Source: Chlorokybus atmophyticus (Eukaryota; Plantae; Mesostigma and Chlorokybus algae). Taken from it: a stretch of DNA of 64,000 nt. Of the stretch, positions 1 to 11,710 are shown piece by piece. Location: the NCBI GenBank assembly GCA_009103225.1, contig RHPI01000638.1, positions 868,001 through 932,000 of the forward strand, written 5' to 3'. The position numbers and the translations under genes are program-made. The notes under the pieces are model-generated. The model saw nothing but the letters and a program-made list of their open reading frames with translations. It was not told where the DNA came from and did no database searches. Every line of letters begins with the position of its first letter. The first letter of the stretch is position 1.

Positions 1-10
1 TACATGGCAG

Positions 11-1117
11 GTTACAGACTTGGACAACGTGCTCGCAGCAGAGCGCGAGCTTAATGACAAAACATTGGGTCATGATGCGCACGGTGACCACGAGAAGGCC
101 ATCCATAGAGCACTTGATACAATACAACGCCAGCTTGCGCAGGTTGATATTATCCTCATGGTCTGGCCGTGTAATGACAGGTGAAAGACTCCCGCATGAT
201 GTACGCAAGCGGGGAAACAAGCTGCTCAATCAGGCGGACGGCTTGCTGACAGCTGCCTTGCAGCTTCTTAATAAAACGTCATGACCAAGGCAGTGTGGAC
301 GTGACGATATCCAGCACTGCAGGTCGCGGTACCACTGCAGTGGTCACTGATACACTTCAGCTGTTTGGCGGTGGAGGTGCGCCGGCTTCATTGTTCTGAC
401 CGTTGTTTGAACTTATTTCAACATTAAGGCTATGACAAGCACGCTTAGCGTCAGCGACTACTGCCAACGGTTAACATGTTCTCAGCAGGCCCGGCACCAT
501 TGGCCGTCGTAATGCACACGCCTCGTCGCGAGGCAGGTCAGGCAGTCAGCCAAGCGGTCGACGCTGTGCTAAAGGTTAGCTGCACATTACAGACTCATGT
601 CAACTCTTTGTGTGCATTGAAGCTCAAGCCAGACGCTCTCTTGCGTGATCGTGTTGCCCAATGCTTCAACCACACACGTGCTATGCACCAGGCACACGCC
701 CTGCTATCAAACATGCCCAGCATCGACACGCGCACATTTACGGCGGCCGTAATGGACGTCGTATGCGAGAACATCGATACAGACGTCCGTGGGCAGAGGA
801 TCGTTGTGGAAGGGCTCAGCTCCATCACCAGCATGCAGAGTGAAGTTTGTAATGTGCAGTTGTAAATTGACCACGACAGCGTACTGACAGCTTGCAGCTG
901 ATGGATATTGTCGCAACAACATGCCAATTTCTGTGTGGTGCAGAGCGTGCCTTGCACTGCAGTGGTCAATGATTGGGTTCTCTTGCGCACATGGCTTGAC
1001 ATGTGGATGCAGTCTGTGTGGGAAGATGAGCGGCGCTTGAAAATAACAGCAGTTGCCAAACAGGACGAACTCTACTCGTATCGCCGAGAACTCCTGGATG
1101 ATGCTGTTCTGGAGTAA
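11..1117 (+). CDS. 3' part of a multi-exon gene of unknown function, entering from the left edge
   Basis: Open exons bounded by AG/GT: ...AVSQAVDAVLK|LKPDALLRDRVAQCFNH...SMQSE|SVPCTAVVNDW...LLDDAVLE, ending TAA at 1115-1117. Phasing of the first exons is uncertain and no family was recognised. Confidence 0.5.
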
Positions 1118-1900
1118 CCATCAGCACCTTTTAGACATGCGCCTTTTTCCACCTGTCAGAACTGCACATGAAGAGTTTGTAGCAAGCACGTACAGCGAGG
1201 CCAAGTGACGCACGTAGTCAGATGGCGTGTAAGTGTTTGTGGTTGAGTGCAAAGCGCTCTTATCAAGCATCTGTTTGATTGTAGCAGTTGAGCGTAATGA
1301 GTTGTCAAGTTGCAGCGAGGAAACAAGGATGTTACAGCATATGCAAGCGCACGTTAAAGTGGCAGGCTGTTACACTATGTATAACTATTGAAGTGATTCC
1401 CGCTACACCCCCATTGGTGGTCACACCACATGAGACTGACCATGACATGTACTTCGTGTCCATGCGCATTGTAAGTGATGTGCGAGGGCTGTTGACTCAC
1501 CGTGACAGCTACAACTATTGATTGGCAGATGGCGGGTCAACAACTGCCAAGTGAAGCCTGACTAAGTGCTGGTGCTGCCCCTGTCGTATTTGGCAACAGC
1601 AGCTGGTGTCTTTGGGGCGCTAGAATCTTTGGCCCTGAGTGCCGGCGCCGGTGTGCCTGCGCGCAGGTGCGTGGTGGCTTGGCGGTTGGCTTATTTTGTA
1701 TATGCAGGCAGCCAGCACAGCAAGCAAACACAGACGGGCAGGGGTTGAGGAATAAAGAAGGCAATTTGCACAGCTATACAACTCCAGGCCGCTACAGACA
1801 ATGCAAGTGGTGCATCATAAGCTTCACAGTCACGAGCCTGCTAAAGGTTATGAAGTTCACGGTACTGGTGCCTGCCAGTATTACTCAGTACTATCAGCGG

Positions 1901-2834
1901 CTAGTAGTAGCGCAAAACAGTTAGAGTTTTGGGATCAATCAGCCTGCGCTGTCCGCCGCCAAGTAAAAAGTTCTCTCGCGTCCAGCCCGGTGGGCATGGC
2001 GAGTTCTCTGGCAAGCTGGCGCTGAACTCCAGGATCCGACATTTGTTCCGGTAGCTTGCGGTGAAGATGTCAACAAGTGTATCTGTACGACACTTGACTA
2101 GTTCTTCCCTCCGAAACTCCCTCATGCTCACCTCAGCACGCGACAGCTGAGCGATTGCTGTGGTTCGCAGAAGCTGCAAGTCGTATGTGTCAGCTACTGC
2201 CGCCATCTTGGCTGGTTCATTCACCACAAAAGGGGAGAGGTACTTTTCACAGCAATCTTTCAGCATTTGCAGGTTGTATTTCCTCGCTAACTCGAGCATA
2301 GCAAGTGCATCTTCCTGTATGTGACGATGATTCAAGAACTGCACTGCAGCCAGTCGTACTACTAAGACCTGTTCTTAGCAGGAACAGAGTCTTACCATGT
2401 TGGTGAATTGCAGCTGCTCTGGCTTTGTAGGACTCAATTGGTTCAGTATTCGCTCCATCAGCAGTGGGCTGTCGTCGTCCAAAGTCAGCTTAGTGGCTTT
2501 GGTGTCTGCGAGCATGCCTTTAAGCACGCTGCTGTGCCGTGCCAGCAACCACCGGCTGGTTCGCAAGCTTTGCCCTGCCCAGCGAATCCATGGTGCACTC
2601 AAGTGGACTGCAGTACGGCTTGATGTTGACTTGCAATGCAAGCTACGCTCAACTTGTTGCTGAATGATGCATGCCATGACATCAGCTGTTGTGCACATGG
2701 GACCAGCAACTTGCTGGTCCCAAGTGCAAAGCTGCTAGCGTCCACATTTAGCTGGTAGTACCTTGTGCAACAAGGGTGAAGTCACAGTAGTCCTGGCCTT
2801 GCGCCTCACCCTCTTTGCCAACCGGCTTGTCCAT
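1901..2834 (-). CDS. BTB/POZ-only protein, copy A (intact, 3 exons, 221 aa)
   Basis: Exons 2834-2762, 2574-2396 and 2314-1901 total 666 nt with GT-AG introns. MDKPVGKEGEAQGQDYCDFTLVAQG|QSLRTSRWLLARHSSVLKGML...|EDALAMLELARKYNLQMLKDCCEKYL matches the BTB core (DFTLVV.G...H..LLA..S.VF) plus the following helical segment. Confidence 0.85.
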
Positions 2835-3957
2835 CACGGGCTGCCGCTTGTGCGTCTTGCCAACATACGCAGTCGTGAGCTTGCCAGTTACCCTAGCCAA
2901 GCACGTGAGCTTCTGACCCACATTATAAGTTGTCGAGCGCATTAGATCAAGTTCAAAACTTACAACCTGATGGACTGGTCGACGCTCGCTATGACCGCTC
3001 GACGAAGGTTGAAGTGGTGTCGCCAGCATGCAATACACGCTGCTTGAACAGCGTAAGAATGCCAGGTGTAGATAGCTGCGTGAACAGCAGCAGTGGGCGT
3101 GATGCCGTCACATCAGTTGATGGCAACAAGACTGGTTGTGACATCTTGGAAAAGGTTGACGTGACAGATGACTGCCTTTTTCTCTTACTCACTGCGTCGA
3201 CTCACGCATGCTGACCAGCGCAACAAGCTGCGCAACTTCTAATGGGCAGCTTGCGGGTGGGCTGCTTGCGCAAGCAGCCCAGCAAGTTTCCCAATACCTC
3301 AAGAATTTGCAAGGCATGACCACATCACGGCTGTGTGACTTGGGCATGTGTATCGATAGGCCACGCCCACTGCAGCCAGAGTGGTTGAGCACTGTTGTTG
3401 CTACTAGCAGTCATGGGGGTCTGACAGCAGGAAGGTCTATCAGCAAGAAGAAGAAGCAGGACGCTGCACCTAAACATTCAACCTCCCTGCATGACTCTGT
3501 GCACCTTCTCGCTGGGGGTTGGCAAGTTCGTGGTGCTGCTGTTATCGTTGTTTTTGCTGTTGTTGTCCTTGTTGCCTGCTCAGTGTCATCGACGATACTC
3601 GGTAGTGGTGGTGCCGCTTGTTGTCGAATATGGCATCTCGTTAGACAATGCGTAGCACAAGCACGCTGCTGCATTCGAGGCAATTGGGGCTAAAACTCTT
3701 ACTTCAACATTATAATCTACTCAGCCTTGCAGTCTGTTCGTTGGCATCAAAACTGTTTTGTACCAAGCCATGGTTGCGTGCATGTTGCCATGGTAGAGCG
3801 GTGGTGCTGACTGACTGCAAGCAACATGCAGTCGGCCGCCTTAAGTCGCCTGCACACCAACCTGCGCACACACACCTGCACGCGCGCGCATACCTGCGCG
3901 CATGTGGCACAGGTAGTGTTTGATTGAATACGGGGAGGGGTGTGTGTGACAATTTCA

Positions 3958-4575
3958 CTACCTGCCGGCAGGCAGACAGTTCAGACTAGTAGCGGCGAGA
4001 CCCGTTTCACGAATGTTGGTCGTGAACGCAACAAACATATCTGTGAACTGTTGATATGCGACACTGAAGCAGCTGCTCCTTAAGGTCGTTGACTTGAAGT
4101 TCTTTACAAGACAGGCGCTCCACCGCGGCTTCCCGCAGCTGTTGCAAATCATACTTATCCGCCAGTGCGGCCATCCTGGCAGCATCCCGTGGCACATAGT
4201 CTATGAGGTCCATTTCGCAGCGATGGAGCAAGACAGGCACGTCGTACTTCCTCGCAAACTCTGTCATGGCAACTGCATCATCCTGCACGAAGCAATGAGT
4301 CAAGGAGGCTGCAAACGGCTATACAGAGCTGCAGTACATACGTCCTGCACTCTGTATCCATATCAACTCTGTTCGTTGGTAAATGTATATGGCCACACAA
4401 TGCTGTCAAAGGTCGTGTGCTCTGGCTTTGTGACATGTGACCAACTAGCAGCCCATGTCGTGTGCAAAGCTGCTGGCGTCTACCGTATGCTCAGCAGGGT
4501 AGTACCTGGCACGACAAGGGTAAAGTCGGAGTAGTCCTGTTCTTGCTTATCGCCCTCGTTGCCAAGGATGTCCAT
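3958..4575 (-). pseudogene. BTB copy B; internal deletion and frameshift
   Basis: Exon 1 (MDILGNEGDKQEQDYSDFTLVVPG) is intact. The intron-1 homologue then joins directly to the end of exon 2 (KPEHTTFDSI), so most of exon 2 is deleted. Exon 3 (DDAVAMTEFARKYDVPVLLHRCE) frameshifts near 4050. Confidence 0.8.
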
Positions 4576-5490
4576 CTCGGGCTGCCGCCTGTGTGTCTTG
4601 AAAGAGGAAATGCCGTGCACAAGAGGCGTGGGCTTGTAAATGCCACTGTAGCCAAGCATATATAAACTCTTCTGGCCTACAAGTCATCACTTCGTAGGCT
4701 GTCAAGGGCATTATCTGGTACACACCTCACAGCCTGCTGGCCTGATCGTCGCTCGCCATCACACAGCTTGAAGCGGTGTCATAGGCCTACGCCGTGGCCA
4801 AAGGCTAGCGTACAACATACGCTGCTGCTTGGATAGCTGTCCAAGCACCCTATGCTGTACGCTGGATGCGCAACGCTGCGGTTGACAGCAGCAGTGGTAG
4901 CATGAGGAGTGTTTGCAGCCACACGGCTGCATCATGCAGCGACTTTTTATGTATATGCTGGAGCTGGTCACATAATCTGATTGTTTCAGCTTGCGCAGGT
5001 AGTGTGCAGGCTGCCCGCAGTTGCACAGCTTGCCTGTGCACTACTTGCGCTGGTTTGTTGTTTTGAAGTGTTGTGTGGCATGGCGACACCACAGCTGTGT
5101 GACTTAAGCAGCTGCGGTTGGTTGGCCAAACCCAGCTGGTATTGTTGCTGATCTAACAACACAAATTAGAGGCGAGGAGCTGCAGTCCAACGCCCTGTCC
5201 ACCTTCTCGCCGGACTGGTCCCTGAGGGGTAGGCAAGTACGTGACTTGTCGTCTTGGAACTTCGAGGTGACCTTGTCAGTTTTGTCTTGTTAGAAATGGT
5301 TCCGACTGATGACAAAAGGCCACTCTCGTGACATGCGCACCAAAAGCAGGCTGCAATAGAGGCAACGTCAAGAACACCGTCTTCATATCTTACTCATCCT
5401 TGACTTATGCTTATTACTACCTACTTGTAAAGAGCCAAGCCATGTCTGTATTCACAATGCCAGTCATGGTAAAGAATGGTACTGACTGCC

Positions 5491-5526
5491 TGTAGTCATC
5501 TGACCTCCGGAGGTCAGATGGCTACA
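5491..5526. repeat. 36-bp near-perfect palindrome with a 24-bp perfect core
   Basis: tgtagt-catctgacctccggaggtcagatg-gctaca; the core 5497-5520 is its own reverse complement. Confidence 0.9.
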
Positions 5527-5879
5527 TAGATCCAGTCGCCGCAAGTGAGCCTGCACATGTATCTACCACCGAGATACAACACGGTTTGTGTGCACAGTTC
5601 GCTGTACAGCAAACACACAAAGCGTGTTGTATCTCGGTGGTGGATCATGCGTTGGAATGAGATGGAGTGTGTGACGTCATGGAGCACAGTGGAATGCAAA
5701 GCACGTGCATAGTTGCGAGACACCACGGTGCATGCTGCGATGGCACTACAGACTTCTGTACAGACTCGCGCGCACTCAGAGGCTCGCGCATGAGCGCATG
5801 TGCCACATGCAATGCGTCCATCTGTACTGGCAGTAACGGATTGAACATTGCACAAGCACTGGTTGAACATTTATTCTCC

Positions 5880-6441
5880 AGGGGTTGACGTGACGCAGGG
5901 GCTTCACACTGTCACAATGCAAAGCGACAGCGAGTTAGTGGCTAAGCAAGTTGCGCTGCGCAACAGGCCCTGCTGCTCACAATCCAAACAGCAGCGACTG
6001 AGGAACGGAGCACGTGCGCATGAGGAACAGGAAGTGCCCCATACACAAGCGATCGCACTAGCAAGCAATGCATAGCGCTCACCCGGAGGGCCTGCCGCCG
6101 CTCAAAGCTGGTTTACAAGGACGATGCCAGGTTGATGGTTGATATCGATGACGTGCTGAAGGTACCAACACAAACACTTGGTGACGCCTAGCTCGCAGTC
6201 TGTGCGCAGCCCACATACATAGTCTCCGCGCACGCGCATGCATGCATGTGCTCATGCATGGGTGTACACGCAGGAGGAGCCAACAGCAGTCGTGTTAGGT
6301 GCAGCGGAAACGCAAACATATGCCGTCCGGCATCAGCTCAGTGACGATGATGACGACATCAATGACAACAACATGTGTATGGGCGCGCGCATGGGGATGG
6401 CTGAGCCTCAGGCAGATACGTACATGTATCGTCTGTATTAG
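5880..6441 (+). pseudogene. Unidentified gene relic; one arm of an inverted duplication (partner about 10950-11210, minus strand)
   Basis: Exon-like blocks (...RLMVDIDDVLK|gt; ag|EEPTAVVLG...YMYRLY*) with internal stops. ggggttgacgtgac...gcgcaacaggccctg...caggaagtgccccat recurs reverse-complemented near 11 kb. Confidence 0.4.
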
Positions 6442-6526
6442 GATTTACTTGCATGCTGTACGAGTAGTGACCCCCACAAGGAGCTTTTACTGTGTTTGTA
6501 CGCTCATGTTACCCAAACAACTTGAG

Positions 6527-9500
6527 TTAACTATACTCGGGTGGCGCCACCAGCTCCTCCAGAGCTGCAAAGACAGCAGTCATCGTCGGGTGCATGTTGG
6601 CCTCAACCGCGGTGCATTGCACGGCAAGCCTGGTCACTTAGTACACTTGAGAGATGTCACACTCGCCAGCGGCAAACAGGTGGGGATCAAGCACCTCTCG
6701 AAACGCCTCCATCCCCTCCGCCACCTGGCTACGGCCTGCAAGCAACCAACAGCGTGTATTGCGTTTTTATATTTTTTTGGGTTATTGACACATGTGCACA
6801 ATGAGGCAAACAAAAATAATCACGTTGCACACAAAAGGCTTTAAGCGGCTACATGTGAGTGGGGTCGTGCACATTTATGCATAGGGGGAGGGGGANNNNN
6901 NNNNNNNNNNNNNNNNNNNNNNNNNNNNNNNNNNNNNNNNNNNNNNNNNNNNNNNNNNNNNNNNNNNNNNNNNNNNNNNNNNNNNNNNNNNNNNNNNNNN
7001 NNNNNNNNNNNNNNNNNNNNNNNNNNNNNNNNNNNNNNNNNNNNNNNNNNNNNNNNNNNNNNNNNNNNNNNNNNNNNNNNNNNNNNNNNNNNNNNNNNNN
7101 NNNNNNNNNNNNNNNNNNNNNNNNNNNNNNNNNNNNNNNNNNNNNNNNNNNNNNNNNNNNNNNNNNNNNNNNNNNNNNNNNNNNNNNNNNNNNNNNNNNN
7201 NNNNNNNNNNNNNNNNNNNNNNNNNNNNNNNNNNNNNNNNNNNNNNNNNNNNNNNNNNNNNNNNNNNNNNNNNNNNNNNNNNNNNNNNNNNNNNNNNNNN
7301 NNNNNNNNNNNNNNNNNNNNNNNNNNNNNNNNNNNNNNNNNNNNNNNNNNNNNNNNNNNNNNNNNNNNNNNNNNNNNNNNNNNNNNNNNNNNNNNNNNNN
7401 NNNNNNNNNNNNNNNNNNNNNNNNNNNNNNNNNNNNNNNNNNNNNNNNNNNNNNNNNNNNNNNNNNNNNNNNNNNNNNNNNNNNNNNNNNNNNNNNNNNN
7501 NNNNNNNNNNNNNNNNNNNNNNNNNNNNNNNNNNNNNNNNNNNNNNNNNNNGGGAGGGAGGGAGGGAGGGAGGGAGGGAGGGAGGGACATACCTTGTTCA
7601 TGAATGTATACAGCCAGTGAGCCGTTTTGAAGGAAACTGTAGGACCAGCATGACTTGGTTTGCTTCCGAGCAATACCCAAACATGTTGACCAGGTTGGGA
7701 TGCTTCACCCTGGCCAACATGACGACCTCTGTGGCTAGCTCCCCGCTCGCAGCCGCTGCGGACACCTCCATCCTCTTCACAGCCACCGAAGTGCCATCGC
7801 GCAAGGCTCCACTGGTACAGCGCACTACACATCAACACTTGCCTCGACAGCAGCAGTGGCGCATTGTAAACGTGGTTCTTACAGTTAACATTACCTGTAG
7901 CCGATCCCGAAAGCACCCCCCCCTATGCGATGCAAAGCGCTGAACCACTCCGTGGCTTCGCCGAGTTCTTGGAAGGAGTATATTTTGCAACCAGCTGGCA
8001 ACTCTACGCCCATTGACAGGTTGGTGACATTAAGGCTGACGTTAACGTTGACGCCTGACACAAGTCAGCAGGCACATTCACCCCTCAGTGACTCTTGCAC
8101 TGACTCTAGTTGACAGCTGTTCCCACACTACTGTTGTCACACTGTCACAGCTGGCAGTTATGGAAGGCATGCAAGGGATGTTGCAGTTTGCAGGCATGAG
8201 ATGAATGTAAGAGGAACAGGGCGATGCAACTTGAGCAAAGGTTGCTTGCTGACACTGTTACGGGGCCAATGCACGAATATTTGCAAATCCAGGCTTACCG
8301 TTTCCCAAAGAAGGGCTGCTGATGTATGGGTTGTTGCCCGCATCTTTCCGAGGGGGTGGACTCCCGCGTTGACGACGTGGCTTCATCAACAGAAGTAGAG
8401 TGCAACACCCAGTGAAATGCATGCGATGGGCGCAGCCACCCCTCCCGCATTAGCTGCAGTGTTGGATGATGTGGATGATGATGGTGGCGCAATGGAAGGT
8501 GGAGAAGCAATATGGAGGGTGAGAGGAGGGATGAAGGCAGCAGCGGGGGACGGGGATGGTGACAGCTGCACTGCCACGCACAAAACATCTCTCACACACT
8601 TGTCAAGCAGCTGATATTACGAGCTGAGTCAACATCACTCCATCGTCTGTGCCTCAGTAACACAGCGCACCACATGCGCTACTTAATGCACTTGCGTTCG
8701 CATATTGCCGTGTGCGGTGCCGAGTCAAAGTGATAATCCCAACCAAAGTAGTTGCCAGGAGACTGCCACAAGGTGACGCGGTTCTGACCACAACCACTTG
8801 GGTTCATGTTGTCTGGATCGTTGATGAAACTGGAGTACAGCAACAGACCACCATCGCCATATTGAAAGTTGCACGCACAATCGCACTGTCGCGACAACTT
8901 GTTACGCTGGTCTCTTGTAGTTTGATCAGAGATTGCACTGTGCGAGACACAGCACAACACTTTAGACAAAGAAAGACCAGCACGCAGCGTTGCTTAGATG
9001 CTTAGACAGCAGACCACCACGTGCACGTAAGGGCGTGTGTGCTACCATTGCACTGTAGTTCTTACCTGCAGTTTGCGTTGGAGCTTCCGCAGCTGGTGCA
9101 GACGCAGACAAAGTCTTGACTGCCATCGCAGTTGCTGCAACAACATCTGTAGTGCCGTGGTCACACCAGGTTTCACACGGTATAGCAGGCATGCAAATAG
9201 ACAACAATAAAGAGGTAGATTTGCCGTGCATATGCACGCAATTGGGTCGACAGAAAACTGTTCTGGGTGAGTATGGCATGCCACGCACAAGCATGCAGAT
9301 TTGCAGATTGGGCATGTACGCGCCTTACGGCTTTGCAACTCCCCACTCGTTGAACTCCAATCCAAGCTACCTGTTTGCATGATGACGTGGGAGAACACAA
9401 TTTGAATCAGCAACCGGGCAAAAGAGAAAGAAACCAAGCTACCAAGCCCCACCAGGAGTTTCTGATTCAAACACATTGTGGGAATGGAAACACAGGAGGA

Positions 9501-10395
9501 ACTTACATTATTGTTTGCGACTTCTGTCGCCTTGTCATTTTCTGCCTGGCTTTTTATACAAGCTAAGTACGCACCTCGCTCCGCGCACGCCTGCACAGAA
9601 CGATGCACTTGTAAACAATTGACAATGATGCAATTTGCAGGAAGTGCAGCTGCGCCACAAGACAGACCTGCTCTGCTGCATCGTAGGCAAACTGGCTCTC
9701 AAGTAACAGGTAGCATTTGGAGCTTCCAGGCACAGGCGTCCAACCGCTGGGACAGTTGAGCTTGTGCGCTGAGCATGCCACATGTCAGCATAGTTGATGG
9801 TTGGTCAATAATGCCGCAATTGCGTACACGATTGAGGATTGCGTGGATGGAAACAACACTGACGGACACTGTCTTGAAGTGCATGGAGACAGTGGATGGC
9901 GTGCATGATTTGGCCACGTGCACTCACTTGAGCATGCCGACCAGCATTACAAGTAGAAGGCAAGTGGCGTTCCACCAAACTCCAGCCACGCTGGTGGCCT
10001 GCTCGCTCACAGGGTCATGTTTGTCATCATTGAATGTTGCTCTACCATCAACTCAAGCATGGCACATGCAAAGATAACATAACAGCGGACATACCTTAAC
10101 TCAAAGTCAGATGTGTTGATGAAGAAAATGTTCTTGCCACCACTGCGGCCTGCTTTTGGTACGCATTAATATTATCACGAGAGGTGGCCGCAAGATTGTG
10201 AACAGCGGCAACACCACGACCACCAACACGTACAGAGGCTCCCAACAAAGACTTTGCCCAGATTAGGACAACAACAACGGCAGCAACAACAACGACAACA
10301 CGTACTTGCCTGTCCCAGCCAGAAGCTGCACAGAGCCTTTGATGGGGCGTTCAAACGCAACGCCCCACCTCTTCCTCGAGATGGTAGGCCTTCAT
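6527..10395 (-). pseudogene. C-type lectin domain receptor-like kinase (RLK/Pelle type), disrupted
   Basis: Hydrophobic N-terminal segment (VRVVVVVAAVVVVLIW). CTLD exons CPSGWTPVPGSSKCYLLLESQFAYDAAEQ|ACAERGAYLACIKSQAEN|VAWIG...AICER. Ser/Pro stalk and TM (AGGVAAPIACISLGVALYFC). Kinase YSFQELGEATEWFS..IG/GAFG, DGTSVAVKR, VKHPNLV..GYC and C-terminal VLDPHL...TRLAVQCT....PTM. It carries in-frame TGA/TAA stops and two frameshifts; the kinase middle may lie in the N gap. Confidence 0.8.
6883..7587. repeat. (GGGA)n microsatellite flanking a 656-N assembly gap (6896-7551)
   Basis: G-rich run at 6883-6895 and (GGGA)n at 7552-7587 on either side of the gap. Confidence 0.9.
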
Positions 10396-10576
10396 GCTAT
10401 TAGACCTGCATTAGTAACAACACTGCTCAACTTGGAACGACTCTTAGAGGCTACAATGGGTGCGGCCAACCAATGTGTATGCCCAAGATCCGCAACTGGG
10501 ATGTGACAATGCGACACTTAGTGGCTGCAGTAGGTGCGGCCAAACAGTACAGATCAGTTCACATGCCCAAGTTACG

Positions 10577-10619
10577 CAGCTGTGATGTGACCATGCGACA
10601 CGTGGTCACATCACAGCTG
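10577..10619. repeat. Perfect 17-bp inverted repeat with 9-nt loop, inside an imperfect direct-repeat block (10459-10760)
   Basis: cagctgtgatgtgacca / tggtcacatcacagctg; ggtgcggccaa...atgcccaag...gatgtgac.atgcgacac occurs twice. Confidence 0.85.
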
Positions 10620-11710
10620 GTGCGGTAAAGCCTAACTTAAACAACCCTGACGCCCCAGCTTGCGCAAGCAGCGCATGTAGGAGCTGCCCAAAGGTGCGCA
10701 GCTTGCAGGTGCTTGCTAATTGCGCAAGCTGGCTCGCAGATGTGATGTGTCATGGACAGTGAAGCTTGCCCAGCTGGAGGATATATGGAGAGGGAGGTTG
10801 TCATCCGGTAAATCTTGGCTGCTGCAAAGCCACAGTTAGGGTCAGCTCGGCAGACTGTCTATTCGGTTAGCAATTGGACGAACAGAGGATAGTGTGCCAG
10901 TTGCATTTACCGCATTATGATGGTATATGCAACTGGCACAATATCCTTGTCCCAGCCAGCCCTGGGCGGAGGCAGGTCAGTGCCTCCTGGTGAACTCTCT
11001 GCTCTTAGTGCGGTCTATGTGCATGGGGCACTTCCTGTGTCTCCTGTGCCTTCTGCCCAAGTGCTGCTTCGCTTGCGCGGGGGACACAGGAACAAAAGTT
11101 TTCCTCAGCGGTCGCTGCTGTTAGAGTGTTTAGCAACAGGGCCTGTTGCGCAGTAGCTCGCTGTATGCACTATGGCAACGAAGAGTCGTGTGTCACGTCA
11201 ACCCCCTTCGCAAAAATGCACAGTCAGTTCTTGTGGTCCCCATATGCTGTGACCGCATGACGCAACGGGGCCAAGCGCAAACTTGTCGTCAGTTTGAAGC
11301 TTAAGGCTTGCTTCATGCAGTGCATTTGACGTGACCTGTTTGTCTCGTGCCGCAGTCACTTCAACACAAAACTGCGTCTTGGTAACATGTAGGTAGGCTG
11401 TACGATGGGGTTGACTCAGCGGGGATGCGAGATAAATCTCAAAGGCCGTCAAGCAAACATGTCACATACTACAACAACTGCAACTGTTGTTACCCGCAGC
11501 GTTCCAATATCTCAGCTAGGCTGGCCACTACGTGACATCGCCTCTAGCATATTAAACGACTATCAGTCCGGCAAGCTGCTGGGTTGTTACCAAATTCAAC
11601 GTTCGCGAGCCAGAGGCGCATATGCTTGGCTAGGGTGGCGGCAGCCAAGGCCACGTGTCCTCGTTAACGGCATCATGCCTTCCCTCAAGAAGCACAGGCG
11701 ACGGCCCGAG

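Noticed and set aside
6841-7916. Long ORFs of 253-355 aa in the ORF track
   Set aside because: They are artefacts of translating through the 656-N gap.
10577-10640. Helitron 3' terminus at the 17-bp hairpin
   Set aside because: No CTRR a few bases downstream and no matching 5' end or Rep/helicase remnant.
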